NCBI GenBank assembly: GCA_963757945.1
Contig: CAVWTN010000002.1
Coordinates: 458,262 to 522,261, forward strand
DNA: 64,000 nucleotides
Reading direction: 5' to 3'
Source of the DNA: Vulcanimicrobiota bacterium
Lineage (GTDB): Bacteria > Vulcanimicrobiota > Vulcanimicrobiia > Vulcanimicrobiales > Vulcanimicrobiaceae
A model generated the notes under the pieces. That model made no database searches. It saw only the letters and a list, made by a program, of their open reading frames with translations, and was not told the origin of the DNA. Position 1 is the stretch's first letter. The number at the start of each line of letters is the position of its first letter. Shown here piece by piece: positions 1-11,642 of this stretch. The translations under genes were made by a program, and so were the position numbers.

Positions 1-1
1 G

Positions 2-703
2 CAATTCCCCAACCATCCATGCGGACGCGACCACGGCATCCTCTCCGTCAGCTCGATCATCGCCGCGCATCTGCCGCATGCGGTCGGCGTGGCGTACGCC
101 TTCAAGTACCGCAAGGAGTTCGACCGGGTCGTGCTCGCGACGTTCGGCGACGGATCCACGAGCGAAGGCGAGTGGCACGAGTCGCTCAATTTCGCCGCGG
201 TCCACAAGCTGCCGGTCGTCTTCTTATGCGAGAATAACGGCATCGCGATCTCCGTCCCGCAGGCGCAACAGATGGCGATCGCCGACATCTACAAGCGCGC
301 CGCCGGCTACGGAATCCCGGGCGTCGTCTGCAACGGGCTCGACCCGATCGCGACCTACGCGACCGTCAAGGAAGCGTTCGCACGTGCCCGCTCCGGCGGC
401 GGTCCGACGCTGGTCGAGGCGAAATGCTACCGGTATCTCGCGCATTCGACCGACGACGACGATCGCACGTACCGCAGCCGCGAGGAAGTGCAGCAGCATC
501 GCAAAGCCAACGACCCCGTCCCGCACTTCGAGGCGCTGCTGGTCGAACACGGCATCATCGACGCGCACGCGGTCGTCACGCTCAAGAAATCGATCCTGCA
601 AGAGATCAACGAGGCGACCGACCGGGCCGAGTCGCAACCGCTCCCGGCGCCGAGCGAGCTCTTCACGCACGTGTACGAAGGGAGCCACGAGCCATGGCGC
701 TAG
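2..703 (+). CDS. 2-oxoacid (pyruvate/acetoin/branched-chain) dehydrogenase E1 component alpha subunit, 5'-truncated by window edge
   Basis: In-frame translation from position 2 with no stop; thiamine-PP E1alpha-like sequence (…GDGSTSEGEWHESLNFAA…LCENNGIAIS…). Stop overlaps the start of the E1beta gene. Confidence 0.85.
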   Translation, partial: QFPNHPCGRDHGILSVSSIIAAHLPHAVGVAYAFKYRKEFDRVVLATFGDGSTSEGEWHESLNFAAVHKLPVVFLCENNGIAISVPQAQQMAIADIYKRAAGYGIPGVVCNGLDPIATYATVKEAFARARSGGGPTLVEAKCYRYLAHSTDDDDRTYRSREEVQQHRKANDPVPHFEALLVEHGIIDAHAVVTLKKSILQEINEATDRAESQPLPAPSELFTHVYEGSHEPWR

Positions 704-1701
704 CCGCCCACCCCCACACGACCGTGATGAACAACGTCGAGGCCGTGCGCGCGGCGCTGCACGAAGCGCTCAAGGGAGATCAACGCACGCTGATCCTCGG
801 CGAGGACGTCGGCGCGCGCGGCAACGTCTTCCTGATCACCAAAGGTTTCCTCGATGAGTTCGGCGCGGAGCGCGTGATCGATACGCCGCTCGCCGAGGCC
901 TCGATCGTCGGCGTCGCGGTCGGTATGGCGATGGAGGGCCTGCGCCCGATCGCCGAGATCCAGTTCGCCGATTTCATCTATCCGGCGTTTAACCAGATCG
1001 TCGGCGAGGCCGCGAAGACGCGCTATCGCTCGAACGGCGACTACTCGTGTCCGCTCGTGATCCGCACGCCCTACGGCGGCGGCGTCCACGGCGCGCTCTC
1101 GCACTCCGTTTCGATCGAAGCGCTGTTCTATCACGTGCCGGGGCTGAAGATCGTCGCACCGTCGTTCCCGGCCGACATCAAGGGCCTGCTCGCGGCGGCG
1201 ATCGAGGATCCGGATCCGGTCCTCTTCCTGGAACACAAGCGGACGTATCGCCTCGTCAAGGGCGAGGTCCCGACCAAGCGCTACACGATTCCGATCGGGA
1301 AAGCCGACGTCAAGCATGCCGGCACGCAGCTGACCGTCGTCTCGTACGGGCTCAACGTGCATCAGGCGCTCGATGCCGCGCTGCGCCTCGAAGCCGAGGG
1401 CCTCTCGGTCGAGGTGATCGATCTGCGCTCGATCCGGCCGATGGACCGCACGACGATCCTGCAGAGCGTGCGCAAGACGCGCAAACTGCTGATCGTTCAC
1501 GAAGACAACAAGTTCGGCGGCATCGGCGCCGAGATCAGCGCGATGGTCGTCGAGCAGGCGTTCTTCGATCTCGACGCGCCGATCCGGCGTCTCTGCGGGC
1601 CGGACGTCCCGGCGATGGGCTACGCGCATACGCTCGAGGATGCGTTCATGATCTCGACCGCTCGTATGGAAGCGGCAATGCGCGAACTGATCGCGTTTTA
1701 G
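694..1701 (+). CDS. 2-oxoacid dehydrogenase E1 component beta subunit
   Basis: Transketolase-like E1beta motifs (EDVGARGNVF, IDTPLAEASIVG, PYGGGVHG). ATG at 694 overlaps the E1alpha stop (ATGGCGCTAG). Confidence 0.9.
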   Translation: MALAAHPHTTVMNNVEAVRAALHEALKGDQRTLILGEDVGARGNVFLITKGFLDEFGAERVIDTPLAEASIVGVAVGMAMEGLRPIAEIQFADFIYPAFNQIVGEAAKTRYRSNGDYSCPLVIRTPYGGGVHGALSHSVSIEALFYHVPGLKIVAPSFPADIKGLLAAAIEDPDPVLFLEHKRTYRLVKGEVPTKRYTIPIGKADVKHAGTQLTVVSYGLNVHQALDAALRLEAEGLSVEVIDLRSIRPMDRTTILQSVRKTRKLLIVHEDNKFGGIGAEISAMVVEQAFFDLDAPIRRLCGPDVPAMGYAHTLEDAFMISTARMEAAMRELIAF

Positions 1702-1737
1702 CGGCGTCCAGCGAGGAAGATGGGAGAAGCGGAAACG

Positions 1738-3090
1738 ATGTCTACGACGATTACGATGCCGCAGCTCGGAGAATCGGTGACCGAGGGGACCGTCGCGCAG
1801 TGGCTCAAGAAAGTCGGCGACACCGTCGAGAAGTACGAGGCGTTCGTCGAGGTCTCGACCGATAAGGTCAACGCCGAAGTGCCCGCGCCCGTGAGCGGGA
1901 CGATCCGCGAGCTGATCGTCAAAGAGGGCGAGACCGTGCCGACCGGTGCGCCGATCGCGGTCATCGACGAAGTCGGCGCGCAAAGCGCTCCGCCTCCAAG
2001 CGCCCCGAGCCCGAGCGAGCGCGTTGCGCCCGCAGCGAGCGTCCCGCCCGCGGTCCTGACGGCGACCGTGACCGCAATCGCGAGCGGCGCGCCGGAGCCC
2101 TCCGGCAACGGCCACGCGAAGAACGCGCCCGAACTTCTGCGGCGCGTCTCCCCCGCCGTCCGGCGCCTAGCGCGCGAGCACGCGATCGATCTGAGCCGGA
2201 TCTCCGGGACGGGAATCGGCGGACGAATCACGGCGAACGACGTGCTGGCCGCAGCCCAAAGCGGATCGGCGGCACTGCCGGCCGCGGCCCCGTCGAGCCT
2301 GCCCGCCGCCCCGGCACCCGCCGCCACGGCGCCCGCCGCCCCGGGGGCGCCCGCGGCCGCCGCCGCCGCGAAGCCGCACGCCGCCGCGCCGGCGCCCGGC
2401 GAAACGATCCCGCTCACGCAGGCGCGACGGATCATCGCGCAGCGGATGGTCGAATCCAAGCACACCGCGCCGCATGCCTGGACGATGGTCGAGGTCGACG
2501 TCAGCTCGCTTTGGGCCTGGCGCGCGAAGGAAAAGGACCGCTTCCTGCGCGATCACGGCGTCCCGCTGACGCTTTTGCCCTTCTTCATCCGCGCGGTCGT
2601 GGAATCGCTGCGCGCATTCCCGCTCATGAACGCGCGCTTCACCGAGGACGGCATCAGCCTGTTCAAGGAAGTGCACATCGGGATCGCGATCGGGCTGGAA
2701 ACCAACCTCGTCGTGCCGGTCATTCGCAACGCGGACGCGCTTTCGATCACGGGCCTCGCGCTTGCGGCCGGGCGCCTGATCGAGAAGGCGCGCAGCGGCA
2801 AGCTCGCCGTCGACGATCTCGCCGGCGGCACGTTCACGGTCAACAACACCGGGGCGAACGGCTCGATCATGTCCGCGCCGATCATCAACGGCGGGCAGGC
2901 GGGCATCGTGACGATGGAGGCCGTCGTCAAGCGGCCCGTCGTCGTCGAGGGTGACGCGATCGCGATCCGTTCGATGATGAACGTGTGCCTGTCGCTCGAC
3001 CACCGGGTCCTCGACGGCGCGATCGCGAGCGCGTTCTTGGTCGATCTCAAGAAACGCCTTCAAGCGATGGGGCCGGGCTCGCAACTCTAA
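1738..3090 (+). CDS. dihydrolipoamide acyltransferase E2 component
   Basis: N-terminal lipoyl domain (EVSTDKVNAEV), Ala/Pro-rich linker, E3-binding motif, catalytic DHRVLDGA. ATG at 1738 has RBS GGGAGAAG 8 nt upstream; alternative ATG at 1720. Confidence 0.9.
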   Translation: MSTTITMPQLGESVTEGTVAQWLKKVGDTVEKYEAFVEVSTDKVNAEVPAPVSGTIRELIVKEGETVPTGAPIAVIDEVGAQSAPPPSAPSPSERVAPAASVPPAVLTATVTAIASGAPEPSGNGHAKNAPELLRRVSPAVRRLAREHAIDLSRISGTGIGGRITANDVLAAAQSGSAALPAAAPSSLPAAPAPAATAPAAPGAPAAAAAAKPHAAAPAPGETIPLTQARRIIAQRMVESKHTAPHAWTMVEVDVSSLWAWRAKEKDRFLRDHGVPLTLLPFFIRAVVESLRAFPLMNARFTEDGISLFKEVHIGIAIGLETNLVVPVIRNADALSITGLALAAGRLIEKARSGKLAVDDLAGGTFTVNNTGANGSIMSAPIINGGQAGIVTMEAVVKRPVVVEGDAIAIRSMMNVCLSLDHRVLDGAIASAFLVDLKKRLQAMGPGSQL

Positions 3091-5555
3091 GGACGCGTGG
3101 GTTCCACCTTCCAGATCGTTTCGGCGTATTCGCGAATCGAGCGATCCGAGGAGAACTTGCCCATGCGCGCAACGTTGAGGATCGAGCATCGCGTCCAGGC
3201 CTCTTGATCGTGCCAAAGCTCGCTCACGCGCGTCTGCGCCTCGAGATAGCTCTGGAAGTCGGCGAGGACGAGGAACGGGTCGCTCTCGCGCAGATTCTCG
3301 ACGAGCGGCGCGAAGAGCTTGCGATCGCCGTTCGAAAAGGCGCCGGATGCGATGAGGTCCAACGCCTCGCGGACGACCTGGTTCTTCTCGTAGATGTCGC
3401 GCGGATGATAGCGCGGCGCGCTCTCGGCGGCCTGCTCCGCGGTCAGCCCGAACGAGAAGAAATTCTCCGCGCCGACCGCCTCGCGTATCTCGATGTTCGC
3501 GCCGTCGAGCGTTCCGATCGTCAGCGCACCGTTCATCGAGAACTTCATGTTCCCGGTCCCCGATGCTTCCTTCCCCGCCAGCGAGATCTGCTCCGAAAGA
3601 TCGGCCGCGGGATAGACGTGCTGCGCGCTCTTCACGTTGAAATTCGGAAGGAAGGCGACGCGCAGCCGGTCCCGCGTCTTCACGTCCGCGTTGACGACGG
3701 CGGCAATCGCATCGATCAGCTTGATGATCAGCTTCGCCATGCGATAACCGGGCGCGGCTTTCGCGGCGAACAGGTACGTTCGCGGCGCGAGTTCCGGCGA
3801 CGGGTCGCGCCCCAGCCGCAGGTAGAGTGCGACGATGTGGAGCGCGTTTAGGTGCTGCCGCTTGTACTCGTGAAGGCGCTTTGCCTGTACGTCGAAGAGG
3901 CTCGCCGGGTCGACGGCGGCGCCGGTGCGCTCCGCGAGGATTGCGGCGAGACGGGACTTCGCCGTATGCTTCACGGCCCGCCAAGCCGCACGAAACTCCG
4001 CATCGCCGGCAAACGGCTCGAGCTTGCGCAACTCGTCGAGGTCCGTGAGCCAGCCGGCGCCGATGTGCGCCGTTATGAGCGCGGCAAGCGGCGGATTCGC
4101 GAGGCCGACGAAGCGCCGCTGCGTCACGCCGTTGGTGACGTTCGTGAACTTCTCCGGCCATAGCTCGTAGAAGTCGCGCAGGATCGTTCTCCGCAAGAGG
4201 TCGGAGTGCAGTTCGGCGACGCCGTTCACTTTTTTGCTGCCGACCGTCGCCAAGTGCGCCATGCGAACGGTGCGCCCGCCATCCTCACCGATCAGCGACA
4301 TCCGCGCGACGCGCGCCCGGTCGCCGGGGAACGCGGCACGGACCTCCTCCAGAAAGCGCCGGTTGATCTCGTAGACGAGTTCGAGATGGCGCGGCAGCAG
4401 CTCGCCGAAAATTCCGATGGGCCACTTCTCGAGCGCTTCCGGCAGCAGCGTATGGTTGGTATAGCCGAACGTGTTCCGCGTGACGTCCCACGCCTTTTCC
4501 CAGTCGAGCTTGTGCTCGTCGACCAGCAGGCGCATGAGTTCGGCGACGGCGAGCGCCGGGTGCGTGTCGTTGAGCTGAATCGTCCACTTATCGTGAAAGG
4601 ACTCGACCCGGGCGCCCCCCGCCAGATGCATCCGCAGCATGTCCTGTAAAGAGCACGAGACGAAGAAGTACTGCTGCTCGAGGCGCAGGATCTTTCCTTG
4701 GATCACTTCGTCGTTCGGATAGAGCACTTTGCTGATGTTCTCGGAATAGATCTTCTCGCCGACGGCTCCGTAATAGTCGCCGCGATTGAACGACGCGAAG
4801 TTGAAGGAATCGACGGCCTCGGCGCGCCACAGGCGCATCCGATTGCAGTTGTCGACGCGGAAGCCGAGCACGGGCGTATCGTACGCCACGCCTTTGACGA
4901 CGTTGGCGGCGACCCAGCGCACGCTGCGGCGCCCGCGTTCATCGGTATAGGCCTCAGTGTGCCCGCCGAACTTCACTTCATAGGTTATTTCCGGGCGCAC
5001 GACTTCCCAAGGATTGCCCCAGCGCAGCCAGCGGTCCGTGATCTCGACTTGCCACCCGTCGCGAATGAGCTGCTCGAAGATCCCGAACTCATAGCGAATG
5101 CCGTAGCCGATTGCGGGGTACCCGAGCGTCGCGAGCGAGTCCATGTAACACGAGGCCAGCCGCCCGAGCCCCCCGTTGCCCAGGCCCGGCTCCGTCTCTT
5201 GTTCGATGACGTCGTCGAAATCGACGCCCAGCTCTTCCATCGCAGCCCGGACCTGCTCCGTGATGCCCAGGTTGAGCATATTGTTCGCAAGATGCGGCCC
5301 CGGCAGATACTCCGCCGAGAGATACGCGACGGCTCGCGAGTTCCGATATTGTTCGAGGGTTTGCTCGCCCGTCTCGAAGACGCGTTCGCGAACCGTGAGC
5401 GCAAGCGCCAAATACTTGTCGTTCCGCGTCGCCGCCGGGAGCGTGCGGCCCAGCGCGCCGAACAGGTTGTTCAGGAATGACCGCTTGATATCCGAGGGAG
5501 AGTTTCGATGGCCGTCGCCGTGCGGACCGTCGGGCGAGCCCTCAGTCGTCAGCAT
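3087..5555 (-). CDS. glgP: glycogen/alpha-glucan phosphorylase (GT35)
   Basis: 822 aa. Pyridoxal-phosphate region EASGTGNMKFSMNGALTIGTLDGANIEI and other GT35 conserved blocks. Convergent with the E2 gene, 4 bp overlap. Confidence 0.9.
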   Translation of the reverse strand: MLTTEGSPDGPHGDGHRNSPSDIKRSFLNNLFGALGRTLPAATRNDKYLALALTVRERVFETGEQTLEQYRNSRAVAYLSAEYLPGPHLANNMLNLGITEQVRAAMEELGVDFDDVIEQETEPGLGNGGLGRLASCYMDSLATLGYPAIGYGIRYEFGIFEQLIRDGWQVEITDRWLRWGNPWEVVRPEITYEVKFGGHTEAYTDERGRRSVRWVAANVVKGVAYDTPVLGFRVDNCNRMRLWRAEAVDSFNFASFNRGDYYGAVGEKIYSENISKVLYPNDEVIQGKILRLEQQYFFVSCSLQDMLRMHLAGGARVESFHDKWTIQLNDTHPALAVAELMRLLVDEHKLDWEKAWDVTRNTFGYTNHTLLPEALEKWPIGIFGELLPRHLELVYEINRRFLEEVRAAFPGDRARVARMSLIGEDGGRTVRMAHLATVGSKKVNGVAELHSDLLRRTILRDFYELWPEKFTNVTNGVTQRRFVGLANPPLAALITAHIGAGWLTDLDELRKLEPFAGDAEFRAAWRAVKHTAKSRLAAILAERTGAAVDPASLFDVQAKRLHEYKRQHLNALHIVALYLRLGRDPSPELAPRTYLFAAKAAPGYRMAKLIIKLIDAIAAVVNADVKTRDRLRVAFLPNFNVKSAQHVYPAADLSEQISLAGKEASGTGNMKFSMNGALTIGTLDGANIEIREAVGAENFFSFGLTAEQAAESAPRYHPRDIYEKNQVVREALDLIASGAFSNGDRKLFAPLVENLRESDPFLVLADFQSYLEAQTRVSELWHDQEAWTRCSILNVARMGKFSSDRSIREYAETIWKVEPTRP

Positions 5556-5606
5556 GATGCCGGCCTCGGCGCGCGAGCCTCGTCGTTTGCATCCATCGGT
5601 GCCGGC

Positions 5607-7256
5607 TCAGGCCGGGACGGCGAGCGCGTTCGTGACGATGTGCTGCGCTTCGGCGACGATCGCCCCGAGGTGCGCCTCGTCGCGAAACGACTCAGCGTAG
5701 ATCTTGTAGATGTCTTCCGTCCCGGAAGGCCGCGCGGCGAACCAGCCTGAGGCGGAGACGACCTTCAGCCCACCGATCGGCGCGCCGTTCCCGGGTGCGC
5801 GCGTGAGCTTCGCGAGGATCGGTTCGCCCGCGAGTTCGGCGTCCAGAACGGCTTCGGGCGCGAGCTTCGCAAGGCCGGCCTTCTGCTCGCGGGTTGCGGG
5901 GGCGTCGATCCGAGTCGAGAGCGGCGCTCCGAACTCGGCCGTCAAGGTTCGATAGTGAACGCCGGGATCCGAGCCGGTGCGCGCGGTGATCTCCGCGGCG
6001 AGCAAGCCCATCACGATGCCGTCCTTGTCCGTCGTCCACACGGTGCCGTCGCGGCGCAGGAAGCTCGCACCCGCGCTTTCCTCCCCGCCGAAGCAGCACG
6101 TCCCGGAGAAGAGGCCGTCGACGAACCACTTGAACCCGACCGGCACTTCCAAGAGCGCGCGGCCGAGCCCGGCGACGACGCGATCGATGAGGCTGCTGCT
6201 CACGACCGTCTTTCCGACCGCCGCCTGCGCGCTCCAAGCCGTGCGATGCACCAGCAGATAGTGAATCGCGACCGAAAGGAAGTGGTTCGGATTCATCAGG
6301 CCGGCCGAGGGAGTGACGATGCCGTGCCGGTCCGCGTCCGTGTCGGTGGCGAACGCGACGTCGTACTTTGCACTCAAATCCAGCAGCCGCGCCATCGCGT
6401 AGGGGCTCGAGGGGTCCATTCGAATGCGCCCGTCCCGATCGACCGTCATGAACGAGAACGTCGGATCGACGATGCGATTGACGACCTCGATGTCGAGCCC
6501 ATAGGTCGCGTTGATCGCATCCCAATACTGCGTGGACGCGCTGCCGAGCGGATCGACGGCGAGTTTGGGGCCCGCCGCGCGGATGACGTCGAAATCGACG
6601 ATCGCAGCGAGATCGTCGACGTAGGGCTGGAGGAAATCGAACCGGCGCGTCGTCTCGGCGCAGATCGCGCGCTCGTACGCCGTGCGCCGCACGCCCGCGT
6701 TCCCCGCCGCAAGCAGCTCGTTCGCGCGCCGTTCGATCCAGCCCGTGACCTCGGTGTCGGCGGGTCCCCCGTTCGGCGGGTTGTACTTGAAACCGCCGTC
6801 CTCGGGCGGGTTGTGCGACGGCGTGATGAGGATCCCGTCGGCTAGCGGCCCCGTGCGACTCCGGTTCGCGACGAGAATCGCACGCGAGATCACGGGCGTC
6901 GGCGTGGGCGCATCGTCGCGCTGCAGGGCGACGGCGACGCCGTTGGCGGCGAGCACTTCCAGCGCCGTGCGCTCGGCGGGCCCGGAGAGCGCATGCGTAT
7001 CTTTTCCGAGGAAGAGCGGGCCGTCGATGCCGTGCGCGGCCCGGTAGTCGCAGATCGCCTGAGCGATGGCGAGGATGTGCGCCTCATTAAAAGCGTTCCG
7101 CAGCGGCGAACCCCGGTGGCCGCTCGTCCCGAATGAGACGCGCTGAGCCGGGTCGGCGGCGTCGGGCCGGCGGTCGTAGTAGGCGCCGATCAGCTGCGCA
7201 ACATCGATGAGAAGCTCGGGCGGGGCCGGTTTCCCAGCCAACGGGGACACGCTCAT
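5607..7256 (-). CDS. pgm: alpha-D-glucose-phosphate-specific phosphoglucomutase
   Basis: Active-site [15 protein letters not shown] and GTSGHRG motifs. Start taken at the ATG before MSVSPLAGK (7256), because the ORF's upstream 63 aa are Arg/Gly-rich and not protein-like. Confidence 0.85.
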   Translation of the reverse strand: MSVSPLAGKPAPPELLIDVAQLIGAYYDRRPDAADPAQRVSFGTSGHRGSPLRNAFNEAHILAIAQAICDYRAAHGIDGPLFLGKDTHALSGPAERTALEVLAANGVAVALQRDDAPTPTPVISRAILVANRSRTGPLADGILITPSHNPPEDGGFKYNPPNGGPADTEVTGWIERRANELLAAGNAGVRRTAYERAICAETTRRFDFLQPYVDDLAAIVDFDVIRAAGPKLAVDPLGSASTQYWDAINATYGLDIEVVNRIVDPTFSFMTVDRDGRIRMDPSSPYAMARLLDLSAKYDVAFATDTDADRHGIVTPSAGLMNPNHFLSVAIHYLLVHRTAWSAQAAVGKTVVSSSLIDRVVAGLGRALLEVPVGFKWFVDGLFSGTCCFGGEESAGASFLRRDGTVWTTDKDGIVMGLLAAEITARTGSDPGVHYRTLTAEFGAPLSTRIDAPATREQKAGLAKLAPEAVLDAELAGEPILAKLTRAPGNGAPIGGLKVVSASGWFAARPSGTEDIYKIYAESFRDEAHLGAIVAEAQHIVTNALAVPA

Positions 7257-7456
7257 GTAGGCCTCGGATCCAGGGGTGCCGGGCCGGAAAACTTCCCGGC
7301 GTTCGCACCGTCCCCTACCGCTCGAACCGCGCCGAGCGCACCTTTTCCCCCCGCGCGCGGCCGCGGGAACAGCGGCATTTTCTCTGTTAAATGGGCGTAA
7401 AGCCCTATAGGGGGCGGCCGCTCGGGCCGTATAGTAGAGATGCAAGGAGGGTGTTC

Positions 7457-8794
7457 GTGCACGCGAGCATCGCGAATGCGCAAGGATCGCGCATACAGCG
7501 CCGTACCGCCGTTATAACAACGGTCTGCTTGGTCATTGGCTGCGCGGCCCTGTTGCCGTTCGCGCACCGCACCTATCCGGCGATCCCCGGCATGCCGCCG
7601 GTCTTCATCACGTTCTCGCTGTGCCTCGCGGCGATCTCGGCGTTCGTGATCGCAACGCAGTACAAGAGCTCGCGCTCGCGCGCGCTCTTGATCCTCGCCT
7701 CGGGCTACGCGTTCATCGCGCTGATCGCCATCCCGGAACTGTTCATCGCGCTCACGCGCTCGGCCGGGCTCAACCTCGCCCCCAACGCCGGGCGCATCCT
7801 CGCGTTCGCCGCGCAGGCCGGATTCGATTTCCACGTCTGTTGGTACATCTACGCCGCGAACCGCAAGCTGAAAGTCCCGCTCGAAGGCGCCGATTTCGTT
7901 TCGACCGTCTTCTCCATGCGGCTCGTGCTCGTGACGTTGATCGTCACGACGGTCGCATTCGGGCCGTGGAAGCTCCCCGCCGGGCTCGACATCGTCGGCC
8001 CCGCGACCTTCGACAGCCTGACGCTCGCGGCGACGCTCCTCTACCGCCGCCAAGGATCGATCCTCAGCAGTTGGCTCGTCGTCGCCCTGATCGCTTCGAT
8101 CCTGGGCGAGCTCTTCACGGTCGCGAGCGGGACGCGCTTCACGCTCGGATGGCACGTCGCAAGCACGCTGCGCCTGATCGAGTACGGCGTGATCCTCGGC
8201 GCGTTCGTGACCGAAGTTTCGATCCGGTCCGGCGAACTCGCAACGCTGGCGACGATCGATCCGCTGACGGAACTCGCGAATCGCCGCCACCTCGACGCGT
8301 ACCTGGCCCGGCTCCTCTCCGACGGCCGGCGGACGACCGACACGCTCTCCCTCCTGATGATCGACATCGATCACTTCAAGCGCTTCAACGACCGCTTCGG
8401 GCACGCCGCGGGCGACCTCGCATTGCAGACGGTCGCGACGGCGCTCAAACGCAGCGTCGGCCGAAACCAGGATTTCGTGGCACGCTACGGCGGCGAAGAG
8501 TTCGTCGTGCTGCTCACCGCCGTCGATCGGCTCGGCGCGCTCGACATCGCGGAACGGATGCGGGAGCGCGTCGAAGGCATGCTGATCGCGCTCGAAAACG
8601 GCTCGCAGCACGTCACGATCTCCATTGGGATCGTCTCGGTCCGCAGCCGCGAGGGGCTCGATCCCGCCGCGCTCCTGCGCGAAGCGGACCGCGCGCTCTA
8701 TGCCGCCAAGGCACTCGGACGCAACCGCGTCCACGAAAATCGCGTCTTTCCGGCGAGCCTGCGCCGGCCGACTGAGGACGTCGCGACCGCCTGA
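7457..8794 (+). CDS. membrane-anchored diguanylate cyclase (GGDEF domain with GGEEF active site) with N-terminal multi-TM sensor region
   Basis: About 7 predicted TM helices, then a GGDEF domain ([12 protein letters not shown]…[11 protein letters not shown]). GTG at 7457 lies 6 nt after AGGAGG (7445-7450). Confidence 0.8.
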   Translation: MHASIANAQGSRIQRRTAVITTVCLVIGCAALLPFAHRTYPAIPGMPPVFITFSLCLAAISAFVIATQYKSSRSRALLILASGYAFIALIAIPELFIALTRSAGLNLAPNAGRILAFAAQAGFDFHVCWYIYAANRKLKVPLEGADFVSTVFSMRLVLVTLIVTTVAFGPWKLPAGLDIVGPATFDSLTLAATLLYRRQGSILSSWLVVALIASILGELFTVASGTRFTLGWHVASTLRLIEYGVILGAFVTEVSIRSGELATLATIDPLTELANRRHLDAYLARLLSDGRRTTDTLSLLMIDIDHFKRFNDRFGHAAGDLALQTVATALKRSVGRNQDFVARYGGEEFVVLLTAVDRLGALDIAERMRERVEGMLIALENGSQHVTISIGIVSVRSREGLDPAALLREADRALYAAKALGRNRVHENRVFPASLRRPTEDVATA

Positions 8795-8811
8795 GCGAAA
8801 GCCGGGACGTC

Positions 8812-9183
8812 GTGCAGATTCGCAAACATTTCAGCTTCGAGGCCGCCCACGTGCTGCCGCACCATCCCGGAAAGTGCAGCCGCCTGCACGGTCATTCCTA
8901 TCGTCTCGAGGTGGCGCTCGAAGGGCCGCTGCAGGAAAGCGGGCCGTCGCAGGGCATGGTCCGCGACTTCGACGAGCTCAAAGACGTCGTCAAACGCACG
9001 GTGATCGAACGGGTCGATCACCGCTCGCTCAACGACCTGCTCGCCAACCCGACGGCGGAACTCCTCGTCGAGTGGATCTGGGGCCAGCTCGCACCGGAGT
9101 TACCCGAGCTCGCCGAACTCGTGCTGTGGGAAACGCCGACGGCGTGCGCCGTGTCGCGTGGGCCGGATGCTCGAGCTCGCTGA
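8812..9183 (+). CDS. queD: 6-carboxy-5,6,7,8-tetrahydropterin synthase
   Basis: PTPS/QueD family motifs (FSFEAAHVLP…CSRLHGHSY…). Confidence 0.85.
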   Translation: MQIRKHFSFEAAHVLPHHPGKCSRLHGHSYRLEVALEGPLQESGPSQGMVRDFDELKDVVKRTVIERVDHRSLNDLLANPTAELLVEWIWGQLAPELPELAELVLWETPTACAVSRGPDARAR

Positions 9184-9742
9184 GATCTTCTACAGCGTGC
9201 AGGGCGAAGGAACCCACGTCGGCACGCCCGCGGTCTTCGTGCGCCTGGCCGGGTGCAACCTGAACTGCCGTTTTTGCGACACGGACTACTCGCTGAAGTT
9301 CGTCGCGCCGGTCGCCGAGGTCGTCGCGCGCGTGCGTGAAACGGGCGGCGGTTGCCCGATGGTGGTGCTGACGGGCGGCGAGCCGCTCGCGCAACGCGAA
9401 GCGCTCGAGCTGATCGATGCGCTGCGGGCGGACGGACGGCGCATCCACGTCGAATCGAACGGTTCCGTCGCCGTCGCGCTCCCGCGCGACGTCTGGCTGA
9501 CCGTCTCGCCGAAGGAACGGCTCGATCCCGCGATGGCGGCGCGCGCGAACGAAGTGAAGCTGATCGTCGACGGGCGGATCCCGCATGAATGGGACGGCGC
9601 GTTTCCGGCCGCGACGCCGCGTTTCTTGCAGCCGGAAGGCAACAAACCGCGCAACGTCGAGCTCGCGCTCGCGGCCGCCAAAGCGGCGCCCGAGCGCTAC
9701 CGGCTCTCGCTGCAAACGCACAAGTTCATCGGCGTCCGATGA
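9158..9742 (+). CDS. queE: 7-carboxy-7-deazaguanine synthase (radical SAM)
   Basis: QueE N-terminus (IFYSVQGEGTHVGTPAVFVRLAGCNLNCRFCDT). Overlaps queD; the exact start could be 9167. Confidence 0.85.
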   Translation: MGRMLELAEIFYSVQGEGTHVGTPAVFVRLAGCNLNCRFCDTDYSLKFVAPVAEVVARVRETGGGCPMVVLTGGEPLAQREALELIDALRADGRRIHVESNGSVAVALPRDVWLTVSPKERLDPAMAARANEVKLIVDGRIPHEWDGAFPAATPRFLQPEGNKPRNVELALAAAKAAPERYRLSLQTHKFIGVR

Positions 9743-10344
9743 TCCTCGTGGTCTGCGCGACGGAAATCGAACGGGCGCGCCTGCCGCTGCGCGAGGGCGT
9801 CGAGGTTCTCGTCAGCGGGATCGGGCCGGTCGAGGCCGCGCTCGCGACCGCCGCCGCGCTCGCGCGCGAGGCCTACGAGCTGACGATCAACGTCGGGATC
9901 GCGGGCGTGTTCCCCGGGCGCGGCGAGATCGGCGACGCATTTGCCGTTGCGGAGGAGCTCTACGCCGACCTCGAACTCGAGGGCGGCGCTTCGCTCGGGT
10001 TTTCGCTCCCGGATCGCGCCGAGAGCAGCGCCCCGGCGCTCGAGCCCTTCCGTGCGGGGAAGCTCCCGGCGCGGATCGGGCGAGGGATCACGACGGCGAC
10101 GATCACCGCGAGCGATGGGCGCGCGGCCCTGCTCGCGTTGCGCTTCGAGTGCGACGTGGAGGCGATGGAAGGCTTCGCGGTGTTGCGCGCGGCGGCGCTC
10201 GCCGGGGTTCCTGCGCTCGAGTTGCGCGGCATCTCGAACCTCGTCGGCGATCGCGCCAAGAACCGCTGGGATTTCAACCGTGGCGCCGACGCGGCCGGCG
10301 CCGCGCTCGCGGCGTTCCTGGATTGGTATCGAGCCGGCAAGTGA
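9739..10344 (+). CDS. mqnB: futalosine hydrolase (MTA/SAH-nucleosidase family)
   Basis: MILVVCATEIE…GIGPVEA…VEAMEGFAV…ISNLVGDR is a PNP/MTAN-fold signature. ATGA overlap with the queE stop. It sits next to mqnD. Confidence 0.65.
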   Translation: MILVVCATEIERARLPLREGVEVLVSGIGPVEAALATAAALAREAYELTINVGIAGVFPGRGEIGDAFAVAEELYADLELEGGASLGFSLPDRAESSAPALEPFRAGKLPARIGRGITTATITASDGRAALLALRFECDVEAMEGFAVLRAAALAGVPALELRGISNLVGDRAKNRWDFNRGADAAGAALAAFLDWYRAGK

Positions 10345-10404
10345 CCGGTATGCGCCGCGAGGGCCGCGAGGTTACGCTCGCGGAGGTGCGCAACTGAGCC
10401 GGAT

Positions 10405-11265
<861 letters not shown>

Positions 11266-11285
11266 CCTGGCGCCCTTCGACGGGC

Positions 11286-11642
11286 TCAGGACGAGGGGGC
11301 CGAAATGCAGGCCGCGATCAGCGCGCGGATGGTCTCGAGTTCGCCGCTCGTGATGTGAGACGGCGTCTCGGTCAGGCGCGAGTGAGGAACCGTTTGGACG
11401 TTCCAAGCGAGCGCGTAGCACGGCTTCGTACAACCGTTCTCTGGCGTCGGCGGAATCAACAACGCGGCGCCCGCCACGGCGAGTTCAGCGGCGCCCGTCA
11501 GCGGCACGACGATCTCGAACTGCAAGGCGCCCCCGAAGAAGCTCGGCGAGCTTACGACCACAGCGGGGCGCAGCTTGTGCGGCTCCCCGGAACCCGCAAG
11601 CGCGTCGCGCCAGTTGACCGCGACGATCTGACCGGGCCTCAT
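11286..11642 (-). CDS. type II toxin, MazF/PemK-family mRNA interferase-like
   Basis: 118 aa. MRPGQIVAVNW…KLRPAVVVS matches the PemK/MazF fold signature. 4-bp ATGA overlap with the upstream small RHH gene. Confidence 0.55.
   Translation of the reverse strand: MRPGQIVAVNWRDALAGSGEPHKLRPAVVVSSPSFFGGALQFEIVVPLTGAAELAVAGAALLIPPTPENGCTKPCYALAWNVQTVPHSRLTETPSHITSGELETIRALIAACISAPSS

Noticed and set aside
78-857. Long ORFs overlapping annotated genes in other frames or on the other strand (e.g. 78..857, 700..2115, 2167..4161, 7253..8734, 7621..8775, 16380..18092, 17743..19611, 18173..19465, 33476..35863, 43493..45022, 45513..47072, 48234..50102, 50319..51668, 54483..55940, 55956..57335, 58093..60735, 58487..59746, 62856..63875)
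   Set aside because: Translations are Arg/Ala/Gly/Pro-rich low-complexity sequences typical of off-frame ORFs in ~70% GC DNA. Each is fully explained by a homology-supported gene in another frame.
8625-9263. 212-aa ORF overlapping queD/queE in another frame
   Set aside because: The sequence is Arg-rich junk. queD and queE are clearly recognisable in their own frames.
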